DNA of 64,000 nucleotides from a virus. The notes under the pieces were generated by a model. It saw nothing but the letters and a program-made list of their open reading frames with translations. It made no database searches and had not been told where the DNA came from. This document shows, in pieces, positions 29,199 through 37,980 of this stretch. A program made the translations under genes and the position numbers. Location: IMG/VR virus record IMGVR_UViG_3300042321_002027; one strand, 5' to 3'. Within the stretch, counting starts at the first letter, position 1. The number at the start of each line of letters is the position of its first letter.

Positions 29199-29935
29199 TG
29201 AACTATCTCCCAGGTGCCATCTGTGTTTTCTACGAGTGCTGTACAACTTTCCACCCAATCTCCAGAGTTCATATACTCAACTCCGTTGATTTGTTTGATC
29301 ACAGCAGTATGTATATGCCCGCAGATTACACCATCATAGCCTTGAGACTTACAATAATCAGAAAGAGTGCTTTCAAAATCAAATATAAAGTTCACAGCAC
29401 CTTTTACATTAGCCTTTAGATATGCAGACAAACTCCAATAACCAAAACCAAAAAACTGACGAACTCTGTTATAGAGTTTGTTCAGTTTGAGCAATATGGC
29501 ATATGCGTTGTCGCCAAGGTAACTTAACCATTTTGCGACCTTGTGTACACCATCAAATAGATCACCATGCACTACCAAATATCTTTTGCCGTTTAGTGCC
29601 TGATAATCATGTGTGTCTTTGATTTCAATAGACTCAATGTCAATTGAAACGTCTAACCATTCACGAAGAAACTCATCATGGTTGCCTGTAAGATAGACAA
29701 CTTTAGAACCATGACGCTGTTTGTTGATTATCTGGCGAATGACAAGTGAATGTGATTGTGGCCAGAAGACACGCTTTCTTAGCTTCCATCCATCAATAAT
29801 ATCACCAACAAGAAATAGATTGTCACAAGAATGATTTTTAAGGAAAGAGTTAACTCCATCTGCCTGTGATCCTTCGCTTCCTAAATGGATGTCTGATATA
29901 AAGATAGAGTTATAGTGCTTGATCTTCTTTTTCAT
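29180..29935 (-). CDS. LpxH/PlcP-family metallophosphoesterase (putative phospholipase C)
   Basis: ISDIHLG, GDIIDGW, GNHD, HGD, CGHIH, NSGDWVES. Confidence 0.88.
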   Translation of the reverse strand: MKKKIKHYNSIFISDIHLGSEGSQADGVNSFLKNHSCDNLFLVGDIIDGWKLRKRVFWPQSHSLVIRQIINKQRHGSKVVYLTGNHDEFLREWLDVSIDIESIEIKDTHDYQALNGKRYLVVHGDLFDGVHKVAKWLSYLGDNAYAILLKLNKLYNRVRQFFGFGYWSLSAYLKANVKGAVNFIFDFESTLSDYCKSQGYDGVICGHIHTAVIKQINGVEYMNSGDWVESCTALVENTDGTWEIVHWTSKE

Positions 29936-29948
29936 TTAAGATTTTAAT

Positions 29949-30188
29949 TTAGATATTCTGTCCAGGCTTCTGAGTTGCAGCCTTAATATCATCTGCTGTA
30001 ATTGATTTGCAAATGAAAAAAGTCGTACCAGCATTTGTACCAATCTCAATCTGTTTCTTATCAACTAACTCTTGACCAGCGGCATTACATTCTTGTTCGT
30101 TGTTGTATTCGGGCTTGTTAGGAAAATGAACATCGGTATAGACATCACCGTTGCTCATGACAATATTTAAAACGATAAACCAAATCAT
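29949..30188 (-). CDS. Small hypothetical protein with hydrophobic N-terminus
   Basis: ORF with GGAG RBS. Confidence 0.6.
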   Translation of the reverse strand: MIWFIVLNIVMSNGDVYTDVHFPNKPEYNNEQECNAAGQELVDKKQIEIGTNAGTTFFICKSITADDIKAATQKPGQNI

Positions 30189-30625
30189 GACTTACTCCTT
30201 TGCGTCATCAATTGCTATAATAATTTGTCTTAGGACATCTTCTCCAGGAATATGATTGTCCAAGTTAATCATGCCTGGAGTTTTACGACCAGCTTGAAAC
30301 CCGCTGATCCAGCACCTAAGTTTCTGTAGTTCTATTTTCCAATGCTGCTCCACTGGGATCTTCAGCTTCTTCTGCGGCGATTTCGTCATTCAACCTTTTC
30401 CTGAAATCTATGACCATAATTGTGAAAGAAACAAACATCATGCCATATTTGGACATTAGGATCATATACTTTTCCCAAGCAGCATCCTTATTTTCTTTCG
30501 GCTCGTCGGGAAGTGACTTATAATAATCATAGTATTCTGTTACGAATTTTGCACAGTCTTCAAGTTCATCAAACTGTAGCGTTTCTACATACTTAATAAA
30601 CTCTTCTTTTGTGAAACTTTTCATT

Positions 30626-30955
30626 TTAAGACCCTTCCATGCTAATTGTTCTATCAGTTTTTTCGTAAACCTGCGTCCAACCAACGCCATAACACGGTAC
30701 CACCTCAATGTACTGAGGCAAACCATTGCTGTCGCGCTCGCCATAACCATGCCAAGCAAACCAGCCTGGATACTTATCTACGTACATACGCTGGATTACC
30801 AATGCTTGCTTGTCAGCCTTGTCAATGATTCGCACCAACTCACTACGACAATGTAGCAGTAGTTCGCGAACCTTGTGTGGTTCCATTTCTTCTGGATTAA
30901 ACATACCACCCATCTGCAGGTAGTTGTCAATCATTTCAATTGTCGGATGGTTCAT
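30626..30955 (-). CDS. Hypothetical protein
   Basis: YLQMGGMFNPEEME motif. Confidence 0.6.
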   Translation of the reverse strand: MNHPTIEMIDNYLQMGGMFNPEEMEPHKVRELLLHCRSELVRIIDKADKQALVIQRMYVDKYPGWFAWHGYGERDSNGLPQYIEVVPCYGVGWTQVYEKTDRTISMEGS

Positions 30956-31152
30956 CTTGTCATGTATCCTTTATATCCACATTCTGTGTTAGAACATTGT
31001 ACGTTGATCTTAGGTGGATCGCTCGTTAACATAATACCTGGAGTAGGATTAAACAACTCGCTGCCACAGTGGTCACAAGCAATTGCTAGACCAGATGGCT
31101 CGAGCCGATAATAGTTTCTATTTTCTGACTCGTGTTCTCTTAACGTTTTCAT
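30952..31152 (-). CDS. Small Zn-ribbon protein
   Basis: CDHCG...CSNTECG. Confidence 0.6.
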   Translation of the reverse strand: MKTLREHESENRNYYRLEPSGLAIACDHCGSELFNPTPGIMLTSDPPKINVQCSNTECGYKGYMTR

Positions 31153-31155
31153 TTC

Positions 31156-31689
31156 TTATTCCTTCACAATAGCTAGGAGTTGCTCATACTGTTCATCAAG
31201 TTGCTTCCAGAAAGAATGATACCTATCATTATAGAGAGCAAACTTGAAGTATAGATATTCTGAAGCATAGTCTTTTGCAAACCTTACTTCCTTATTAGCA
31301 ATAGTCCTAGAATGATTATGCCAACGATCTGCCATTTTAACAAAGATGGAAGTGTTATACCGACGAGTACGATAGTATGTGTTGAGGTGTCGTTCAGTTC
31401 GTGTTGAACCTTTACCATCAGTCACTGCATCTACAAACTCAGCAATATCAAATCCAAATGTGTCATAGATGTCTTCACATGTTACTGATGTGTCTTCAAT
31501 GGTGTCATGCAGCCATCCAACAGTAACAGCATCATCAAGAGAAAAAGTACAATCATTCTCATTTGCAATGTACTCTTCACGAATCTTATCAGTCACTGCT
31601 GTAAGATGGTCTTCCATTGAGAGACAACCATGTCGTTGGTTGCTATGGACACGCAGTGCAAATTCTTTAGCCTTGTCAATAATATTCAT
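31156..31689 (-). CDS. RelA/SpoT-type HD-domain hydrolase (Mesh1/SAH-like)
   Basis: AKEFALRVHSNQR...HLTAV...WLHDTIEDT...VTD...VKMADRWHN. Confidence 0.8.
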   Translation of the reverse strand: MNIIDKAKEFALRVHSNQRHGCLSMEDHLTAVTDKIREEYIANENDCTFSLDDAVTVGWLHDTIEDTSVTCEDIYDTFGFDIAEFVDAVTDGKGSTRTERHLNTYYRTRRYNTSIFVKMADRWHNHSRTIANKEVRFAKDYASEYLYFKFALYNDRYHSFWKQLDEQYEQLLAIVKE

Positions 31690-31690
31690 C

Positions 31691-31915
31691 TCAATCCTCA
31701 ATCGCATCAATACGGAAAGTTTGATTAGGCTCTACGTTTAAAGTACGATCCATATCCTTAGAACCATCAGGATTCCAAGAACGAACACGAATCTTGTTAA
31801 TTCCTGCAGGAACTTTCCAAGTAGCAGAGTTCCTGTTGCTGTTTGCATTAGCAGCAGCTGCAAAAAATGGTAGTGTGAATAGTCCTGCCAGCAAAAGGCG
31901 CTTTCTCATTATCAT
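31691..31915 (-). CDS. Small secreted-type protein
   Basis: RKRLLLAGLFTLPFFAAAANA signal-like N-terminus. Confidence 0.6.
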   Translation of the reverse strand: MIMRKRLLLAGLFTLPFFAAAANANSNRNSATWKVPAGINKIRVRSWNPDGSKDMDRTLNVEPNQTFRIDAIED

Positions 31916-31924
31916 ATCCTTATA

Positions 31925-32584
31925 TTATAGGTCAACGTCAATAAAGACAAGTTCGCCAAGGCACTGGAAAGTAGTACCGTTGATTTTCTGCCTACGAGTG
32001 TTATGCCAATGACCAAACACCCAAAGTTCCGGCTGATGCATTTCAAACATCGCCTGTAATGCTTCACCAGTGCGCGTGTAGATCTGTTTGTTATCACCAA
32101 GACCTAATCCCTTGCTAAGAAATATTTCCCAAGCGACTGATGTGGGACAGTCGTGTGTGATCATAACACGAGGTTTCAGCTGTACATACTGTTCAATAAT
32201 TTTTTCGAACCTCTGTGAACTTACCTCTTCTCCTGGCCACCAATCGACCATAGGTGTACGATGTGCAAAGTCGATTGACCAAGCACCACCAACATACATC
32301 ACATCGCCTTCAACCGTACCATCCTCGATATATCCAGGCATGGTCTTACACAGTTCCGGATCATCGTGATTACCACGAATGAAACGATGCTGTGGGTGTT
32401 CTTTCTGCCACTCGATTTCTTTCTCGTGCCAAAACGGACTAAAGAAACCGATACCGAAGTCACCCACCTGAATAGAACGTTCGGGCTGAACAATTTGTCT
32501 ACCACGAACGCCTGTGACAAGCGCGTAACTTCGGTAATCGTAGATATTACCGTGGATGTCGCCAATGATGCGTGTTAGCGCCAT
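31925..32584 (-). CDS. Calcineurin-like metallophosphoesterase
   Basis: GDIHG, VGDFG, RGNHD, THDCP, FGHWH. Confidence 0.9.
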   Translation of the reverse strand: MALTRIIGDIHGNIYDYRSYALVTGVRGRQIVQPERSIQVGDFGIGFFSPFWHEKEIEWQKEHPQHRFIRGNHDDPELCKTMPGYIEDGTVEGDVMYVGGAWSIDFAHRTPMVDWWPGEEVSSQRFEKIIEQYVQLKPRVMITHDCPTSVAWEIFLSKGLGLGDNKQIYTRTGEALQAMFEMHQPELWVFGHWHNTRRQKINGTTFQCLGELVFIDVDL

Positions 32585-32587
32585 AAT

Positions 32588-32734
32588 TTAGATCCTCTCG
32601 ATAATGGGCTTTCCGACAATCCCCGCCTTGACTTCGCGAATATAAGCGAATGCGTCCTGCATCAACTTAAACTTCTTGGTCTTATCAACCAAGAAACCGT
32701 TCTTGTCCTTAACAGTGTAGATTACCTTGAACAT
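32588..32734 (-). CDS. Small hypothetical protein (48 aa, not in track)
   Basis: MFKVIYTVKDKNGFLVDKTKKF...; AAGGAG RBS and own promoter. Confidence 0.6.
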   Translation of the reverse strand: MFKVIYTVKDKNGFLVDKTKKFKLMQDAFAYIREVKAGIVGKPIIERI

Positions 32735-32793
32735 TTCGCTCTCCTTATCTTAGGATTAAGTATAACGCCATCTGAATTTAAAGGCAAGTCTAT

Positions 32794-33135
32794 TTATTTG
32801 CTCCAGTCCATCGCTGCCCAGTTACGATCTTCAAGTAACTCGACCTGATCAGGATACTTTTCTAGCAATTGCTGCCAGACAGGTGCTGTTGCCATACGCA
32901 ATCCATAAGTGTCAACATAACAATTATATACAGAACCGGATGACCCGTAAAATTGCCAGCGATCAGTCGTAACGTCATAGACGCACTTATCAATACCACT
33001 GTTAAGACGCCAACTATCGCCGTTAAGATATCCGCCAGACCAACCACCAAGCACCTTATAGAATACTTGGCCCTCGTTTGTTATACGAATAATTACCCAA
33101 CTGTCTGGTGCATATTCAGCCATTACCAACCTCAC
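32794..33135 (-). CDS. Conserved phage hypothetical protein
   Basis: YKVLGGWSGGYLNGDSWRLNSGI...GSSGSVY motif. Confidence 0.8.
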   Translation of the reverse strand: MRLVMAEYAPDSWVIIRITNEGQVFYKVLGGWSGGYLNGDSWRLNSGIDKCVYDVTTDRWQFYGSSGSVYNCYVDTYGLRMATAPVWQQLLEKYPDQVELLEDRNWAAMDWSK

Positions 33136-33278
33136 TGACCAACATATTCGAACACATAGGTATACTTACCATCCGCCCATTCCTTCACCTTGATTACCTT
33201 CCAACGTTCGGAACGGAATTCATGCGCATACTTACGCTTGAGGTAAGACAGAGAACCAGAAACAACCAACTTATCCAT
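33132..33278 (-). CDS. Small hypothetical protein (48 aa, not in track)
   Basis: MDKLVVSGSLSYLKRKYAHEF...; promoter and RBS upstream. Confidence 0.55.
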   Translation of the reverse strand: MDKLVVSGSLSYLKRKYAHEFRSERWKVIKVKEWADGKYTYVFEYVGQ

Positions 33279-33355
33279 TAGATCTAATCCTTCATTTGCC
33301 ACAGTGTGATTATACTAGGTTTGGTATTAAAAGCAACCAAAAAGTGTGACCAACT

Positions 33356-33664
33356 TTACTTACAATGTTTACGCAGGAACTCAACGTAAATAGACCACAT
33401 GCACGCATCCTCGATCTCTTCATCGGTCAACGTGATCGCATGAGCCTGTGTCTTCAGCTGCTTTGACGGATCGACCAACTTGCTTTTAAAATAATCGCTC
33501 CACAAATCGCGAGTGAGCTCAAGCTGACGTTCTGTCGCATCGTGTTCTGTGTCGTCGACGGGCGACTGCTCGCCGTGGTAATAAAGGTAACACGCCCAGA
33601 GATATCGCTTCTCCGCCCAACGAACAGATGATACTAGTGCGGGATTATCGTTTGCCATAACCAA
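33356..33664 (-). CDS. Stand-alone NAD-ligase domain Ia-like protein
   Basis: ACYLYYHGEQSPVDDTEHD resembles LigA YY....P...D.EYD. Confidence 0.5.
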   Translation of the reverse strand: MVMANDNPALVSSVRWAEKRYLWACYLYYHGEQSPVDDTEHDATERQLELTRDLWSDYFKSKLVDPSKQLKTQAHAITLTDEEIEDACMWSIYVEFLRKHCK

Positions 33665-33791
33665 TCTCCTTTACCAACTTTTATTTTAAGTAATTAGTCC
33701 AACCAAAAAGAGCTTCCACAAAAAGGAAAAAGATCCCAATCAGCAACATTATTTCAGCAAATGACATGACCAATCTCCTTTACCAACTTGA

Positions 33792-34436
33792 TCAAGCAGC
33801 TTTGAGCTGCCTGACCTGCTTCATCATACGTGCGCCGTGGGCGGGATACGCGATCACAGCCACCGACTTGTCCCAGCAAGCACGGCAATCACCGCACTTA
33901 CCAGCACGAGTGTACGCTTCGCACACCGTAGCAAGAGTGAACGTATCGGCGTACGGAATGACCGTAGAGCCGTGCTCGGCGTCAAACTCACCAACCATCG
34001 AGTCAGACGAATAGCGCACCGAAACGTTCGGCAATGCTTTCATACGCTCAAGGATCGGGCGGATCTTAGCAATCTTGTAGGACTTCGTCGGGAGCCAATG
34101 CTTGACCCACGGAGTTTGCTCCATCACCAGATAGATCTTGAACGCGAGAGCCGGATGATACACATCGCCGGAATCAAACCAGCGGAAGTGCGTCTGCTTC
34201 TTGAGAGCAGCCACCATATCCGCAACCCACGTTCCGCGCTTCCAGTCCTCACGATTGAAATCGCGCAGTGCCTTGGCATCGGGCATATGGTAAAACCCGT
34301 CCTTGGCGTAGCAACCAGCGCACACAGGCACTGGCTTCTTGGTCGCGGGATCAATCGAACCGGGACACGTAGATCCCGCCTCAAGCGACCACGTTTTGCA
34401 GGGCATCTTGCTAGGCTTAGACAACTTCACAGTCAT
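33792..34436 (-). CDS. GP88-family Cys-rich (Fe-S/radical-SAM-like) protein
   Basis: SKMPCKTWSL...TCPG...CAGCYA, RWFDSGD, HWLPT, CGDCRACW. Confidence 0.75.
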   Translation of the reverse strand: MTVKLSKPSKMPCKTWSLEAGSTCPGSIDPATKKPVPVCAGCYAKDGFYHMPDAKALRDFNREDWKRGTWVADMVAALKKQTHFRWFDSGDVYHPALAFKIYLVMEQTPWVKHWLPTKSYKIAKIRPILERMKALPNVSVRYSSDSMVGEFDAEHGSTVIPYADTFTLATVCEAYTRAGKCGDCRACWDKSVAVIAYPAHGARMMKQVRQLKAA

Positions 34437-34556
34437 GCGTCACTCCATCAGTTATGATCCCAATATACGGCTGGTTTGAATTAAAAACAAGCACAAAATT
34501 TCGCTTGCTGGAAATTCGGTTTGGGAGTAGTATGTGTGTATGATGAGGGATAGGAA

Positions 34557-34664
34557 ATGCGTAATCATGTAGCGAAAGAGTTGTGGTCCGGGAAATTCCG
34601 CAAGCAGGTAGTCCGTGACCGTAAGAAGTACTCGCGGAAGGCGAAACACAAAAAGGGATACTGA
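34557..34664 (+). CDS. Basic 35-aa ArfA-like peptide (not in track)
   Basis: MRNHVAKELWSGKFRKQVVRDRKKYSRKAKHKKGY; own promoter and RBS. Confidence 0.6.
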   Translation: MRNHVAKELWSGKFRKQVVRDRKKYSRKAKHKKGY

Positions 34665-34665
34665 T

Positions 34666-34869
34666 ATGGCGGTTCATTTTGTTGGTTTCCGCGACTCAAC
34701 TCAGTTTCAGAGAGCAGTCGCTGTGTTCGGTCAGCCCGATTTTATCCATCGGCGTTGGGACGTTCGGGCGAAGCAGGAGATCGTCGGTTCGGACATTGTC
34801 GTATTCGCAACTGGTTCGGTTACCGATCGCGCATCTCACCCAAGCTTTGATGATAGTACTTGCTTTTAA
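34666..34869 (+). CDS. Hypothetical protein
   Basis: MAVHFVGFR...AVAVFGQPDFIHRRWD. Confidence 0.65.
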   Translation: MAVHFVGFRDSTQFQRAVAVFGQPDFIHRRWDVRAKQEIVGSDIVVFATGSVTDRASHPSFDDSTCF

Positions 34870-34918
34870 TTCAAGTTACAGGTAGAGTAAGAATATGGTT
34901 GATGAAAGGGAAACGGAT

Positions 34919-35083
34919 ATGTCCTACGAATGGGGTCGCTACACTCTTACTGTTACCGATCTTCGCACTCAGAAGGTGGTGTTTACGCAAGAGTACAAGG
35001 GAATGTCGGGCCATGCGATGATGGACGAGACGTTTTCGCTCCGCCTTCAATATCCCAGCAAGCACTATCGTATCGACTGGTAA
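34919..35083 (+). CDS. Small early hypothetical protein
   Basis: Promoter+RBS module. Confidence 0.6.
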   Translation: MSYEWGRYTLTVTDLRTQKVVFTQEYKGMSGHAMMDETFSLRLQYPSKHYRIDW

Positions 35084-35150
35084 ATGAGTGCTTGATTTTA
35101 AAACGTCCTGAGCGTAAGATGTCTCTATGATGATGAAACGGAGAAATGAA

Positions 35151-35390
35151 ATGGCTCGTGCTTCTGTCTCAATCAAGGCTCTTCCCACTCTTATGTTTGC
35201 TCGTGACTATCACGAGTTTGTCGACCTCAACGAGCAGTTCCGCTGCATTGGACTCTCGCTCAAGACCGATGAACTCGGATTTTCTGACTGTGAGGGACAG
35301 TACGTGGGTATCGTCTACTCTGGTCGCTATCCTTCTAAGGCAAAGATCGATGCTCTCCTTAAGAAGTTCGGTGTGAAATTTATGGATTGA
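35151..35390 (+). CDS. Small early hypothetical protein
   Basis: Promoter+GGAG RBS module. Confidence 0.65.
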   Translation: MARASVSIKALPTLMFARDYHEFVDLNEQFRCIGLSLKTDELGFSDCEGQYVGIVYSGRYPSKAKIDALLKKFGVKFMD

Positions 35391-35460
35391 TTTTAAAACG
35401 TCCTCACGGTAATATGTGTTTATTGATTGATTGAACTGAAACAAACAAAGGAAAAGACAT

Positions 35461-36321
35461 ATGCCCAAGGGTGTTCCCGCCGCTGGTTTCCGCGCTCCGC
35501 GCTCCGGCACTGCTGCTGCTGACCGTTTGTCCGCTGTTAAGGTTTCTTACGCTCCGGAAAAGCGTGAGTCCGACGATCAGATCGAAAAGCGCATTGCTGA
35601 CCGTTTCGAAATTCTTGACGTTCTGACCGAAGCTACGACCTGCGGCAATTCCCGCGCTCTGATCGTTTCCGGTCCGGCTGGCCTCGGTAAGTCGTTCACG
35701 GTCGAGCAGCACCTTGCTAAGTGGGACCCGAATGAACTGCAGCACACGATCGTCAAGGGATACGTTCGCGCCACTGGTCTGGTAAAGCTTCTTTATCAGT
35801 TCCGCCACCCCAACAACGTCATCGTGTTTGATGACGCTGACGCAATCTTCTTCGATGACGTTTCCCTCAACTTGCTCAAGGCGGTTTGTGACACCACTGA
35901 GCGTCGTCGCGTTTCTTGGTTGTCCGAGGGTAAGCTGGTCGACGATGATTCCGCTGAACTGATCCCGCGCTCGTTTGACTTTGAGGGTTCGATCGTGTTC
36001 ATCACGAACTATGACTTTGACGCGATGATTGATAAGGGTCACAAGCTTGCACCGCACCTTCAGGCGTTGGTTTCTCGTAGCCATTATGTGGATTTGGCTA
36101 TGAAGTCCCGCCGCGACTACCTGATCCGTATCCGTCAGGTTATTCGCGATGGTCTTCTGGCTGATCTTACTTTTGAGCAGCGCTCGGATGTGATCACGTT
36201 TATCGAACAGAACCACGAGAACCTTCGTGAACTCTCCCTCCGGATGGCGATCAAGTTGGGTCACCTTCGGAAGCAGTCTGAAGATTGGAAGCGGATTGCG
36301 CGAGTGACGTGTTGTAAGTAA
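35461..36321 (+). CDS. AAA+-type P-loop ATPase
   Basis: Walker A GPAGLGKS, Walker B IVFDDAD, FITN, SR finger. Confidence 0.85.
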   Translation: MPKGVPAAGFRAPRSGTAAADRLSAVKVSYAPEKRESDDQIEKRIADRFEILDVLTEATTCGNSRALIVSGPAGLGKSFTVEQHLAKWDPNELQHTIVKGYVRATGLVKLLYQFRHPNNVIVFDDADAIFFDDVSLNLLKAVCDTTERRRVSWLSEGKLVDDDSAELIPRSFDFEGSIVFITNYDFDAMIDKGHKLAPHLQALVSRSHYVDLAMKSRRDYLIRIRQVIRDGLLADLTFEQRSDVITFIEQNHENLRELSLRMAIKLGHLRKQSEDWKRIARVTCCK

Positions 36322-36685
36322 ACACTTTACCGTCTATCGTCTTCTGTCTACCTTTAAGGTGATGCGATAAGTTTTGTCTGGACATGTTTGGATATTTTCT
36401 TATCGCATCACCACCGCTCGCGAATAGTTCGCCTGTGGTAATACAATAAAGAGGCTTTGATCTAGGATGCTGTGCGCCGATCATGGTTGAAGGTTTGCCC
36501 TTCTTGGCGCGAGATATCGCTTCGCAATGCTTTTTGGAGTAAGGACCGGACTTATACGTTTTTCCCTTGTTCCAAGGAATCGCATTCCAGTTAGTCGCAA
36601 TTTTTTGTAAAGGTAAGTTATATACTTCGCTTAATTCCATTGGCTCTAGGCCAAGAGCGATACCGATCGGATCATAAATATCCAT
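36251..36685 (-). CDS. NUMOD-type DNA-binding protein (homing-endonuclease remnant)
   Basis: PWNKGK, HCEAISRAKKGK, HPRSKPLYCITTGELFAS; no HNH/GIY-YIG catalytic motif seen. Confidence 0.6.
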   Translation of the reverse strand: MDIYDPIGIALGLEPMELSEVYNLPLQKIATNWNAIPWNKGKTYKSGPYSKKHCEAISRAKKGKPSTMIGAQHPRSKPLYCITTGELFASGGDAIRKYPNMSRQNLSHHLKGRQKTIDGKVFTYNTSLAQSASNLQTASEGDPT

Positions 36686-36772
36686 GCTGTGTCTCCGCGT
36701 AAAAGTTTTTAGACATAGAGTCCATGGGTATTGGCGTACCGCGATGGACATCTTATTTAGTGTTGGGCAACT

Positions 36773-36800
36773 GGGCGGGAGTAATCCCGCCTCTTTTTTC
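36773..36800 (+). terminator. Rho-independent terminator
   Basis: GGGCGGGA-gtaa-TCCCGCCT-CTTTTTT. Confidence 0.75.
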
Positions 36801-36852
36801 TCTTGTTTTTAATTCGATCCAAACGTAATATTACTATATTGATGATGAGGAG

Positions 36853-37311
36853 ATGACTATGGGTCTTGATATGTACTTTACCGCTCGCCGTTCTTTTTGG
36901 GATTTCAAGGATGATGGCGTTGGTGCTCGCCAGGTTTTGGCTTTGTTTCCTGAGTTGCCGGAAGAGATGGAAACTTCTGGTACATCCGTTTCGGCGCAGT
37001 TTGGTTATTGGCGTAAGGCGAATGCCATTCATAACTGGTTCGTGAAAAACGTACAGGGAGGCGAGGACGAGTGTAGGGAGCATCCGGTTTATCCTGAAGA
37101 CATTCAGCGGCTGCTGGATACGGTAAACAAGGTTTTGGCGGACACGTCAATGGCTCCGGTGCTGTTGCCGACGGCTGAGGGTTTCTTCTTCGGTGGTCAG
37201 GAATACAACGAGTGGTATTGGCGCGATATTGAGTATACGAAGCGTTTGCTCGAGCGTGCTCTTGATCCTAAGATGAAGGACTGGGATTTCTATTATCAGT
37301 CAAGCTGGTAA
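36853..37311 (+). CDS. Conserved phage hypothetical protein
   Basis: MGLDMY...YWRKANAIHNWFV...LLPT..GFFFG...YYQSSW. Confidence 0.85.
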   Translation: MTMGLDMYFTARRSFWDFKDDGVGARQVLALFPELPEEMETSGTSVSAQFGYWRKANAIHNWFVKNVQGGEDECREHPVYPEDIQRLLDTVNKVLADTSMAPVLLPTAEGFFFGGQEYNEWYWRDIEYTKRLLERALDPKMKDWDFYYQSSW

Positions 37312-37379
37312 TAAAGTCAAGGCTTGTTTTTAATTCGTTCTCGGCGTATACTACTCTTATGATGATGAAAGGGAAGCAA

Positions 37380-37796
37380 ATGGATACGATGCCCGCTGGA
37401 CGCTATTACGTTGGTGATCTGTGTTATGTTATGCATGATGTGTGGGACGAGGTTTGTGATCTGATGTTCCCGCATGGTGGTCGTGGTGTATATGGTAAGT
37501 TCAAGCTGAACGATGGGCGTGAGTTCGCCGTTCATCCTACTGCCTACGGCGACGGCACCTATCGTGACGATATGGGTCGCGAATATTCGGTTGACGCCGG
37601 AGTGATCGGTTGTATACTTGAGAGCGATATCCGTGATCCGGAAGGGTTTACTCGCGGCGGACAAGTGCTTGACTTCATTGCTGAGTTCGATACGTGGGAA
37701 GATCGCGGCGTAATCCGTTTCGGTGTTATTGCTATTGACACTGCTGGTAATGATGACGAAGACGAAGATTATTTCGATCAAGAGGAGATTGATTGA
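37380..37796 (+). CDS. Conserved phage hypothetical protein
   Basis: YYVGDLCYV...TAYGDGTY...VDAGVIG. Confidence 0.8.
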   Translation: MDTMPAGRYYVGDLCYVMHDVWDEVCDLMFPHGGRGVYGKFKLNDGREFAVHPTAYGDGTYRDDMGREYSVDAGVIGCILESDIRDPEGFTRGGQVLDFIAEFDTWEDRGVIRFGVIAIDTAGNDDEDEDYFDQEEID

Positions 37797-37980
37797 TGGC
37801 TCGCTTTATTCAGTGGTCGTCTTTTGTATTGGCTGTTGTAGGTTTCTTCTTTCTAATTACCAGTGCTGTTATTACAGACGGTAAGCGGATTGCCTTTGTT
37901 GAGGCGTGTGAGACAATGGGTGGCGTTGCCATTATTGGCCTTTACGATACACAGGCTTGCATTAAGTCAGAGGTATTGAA

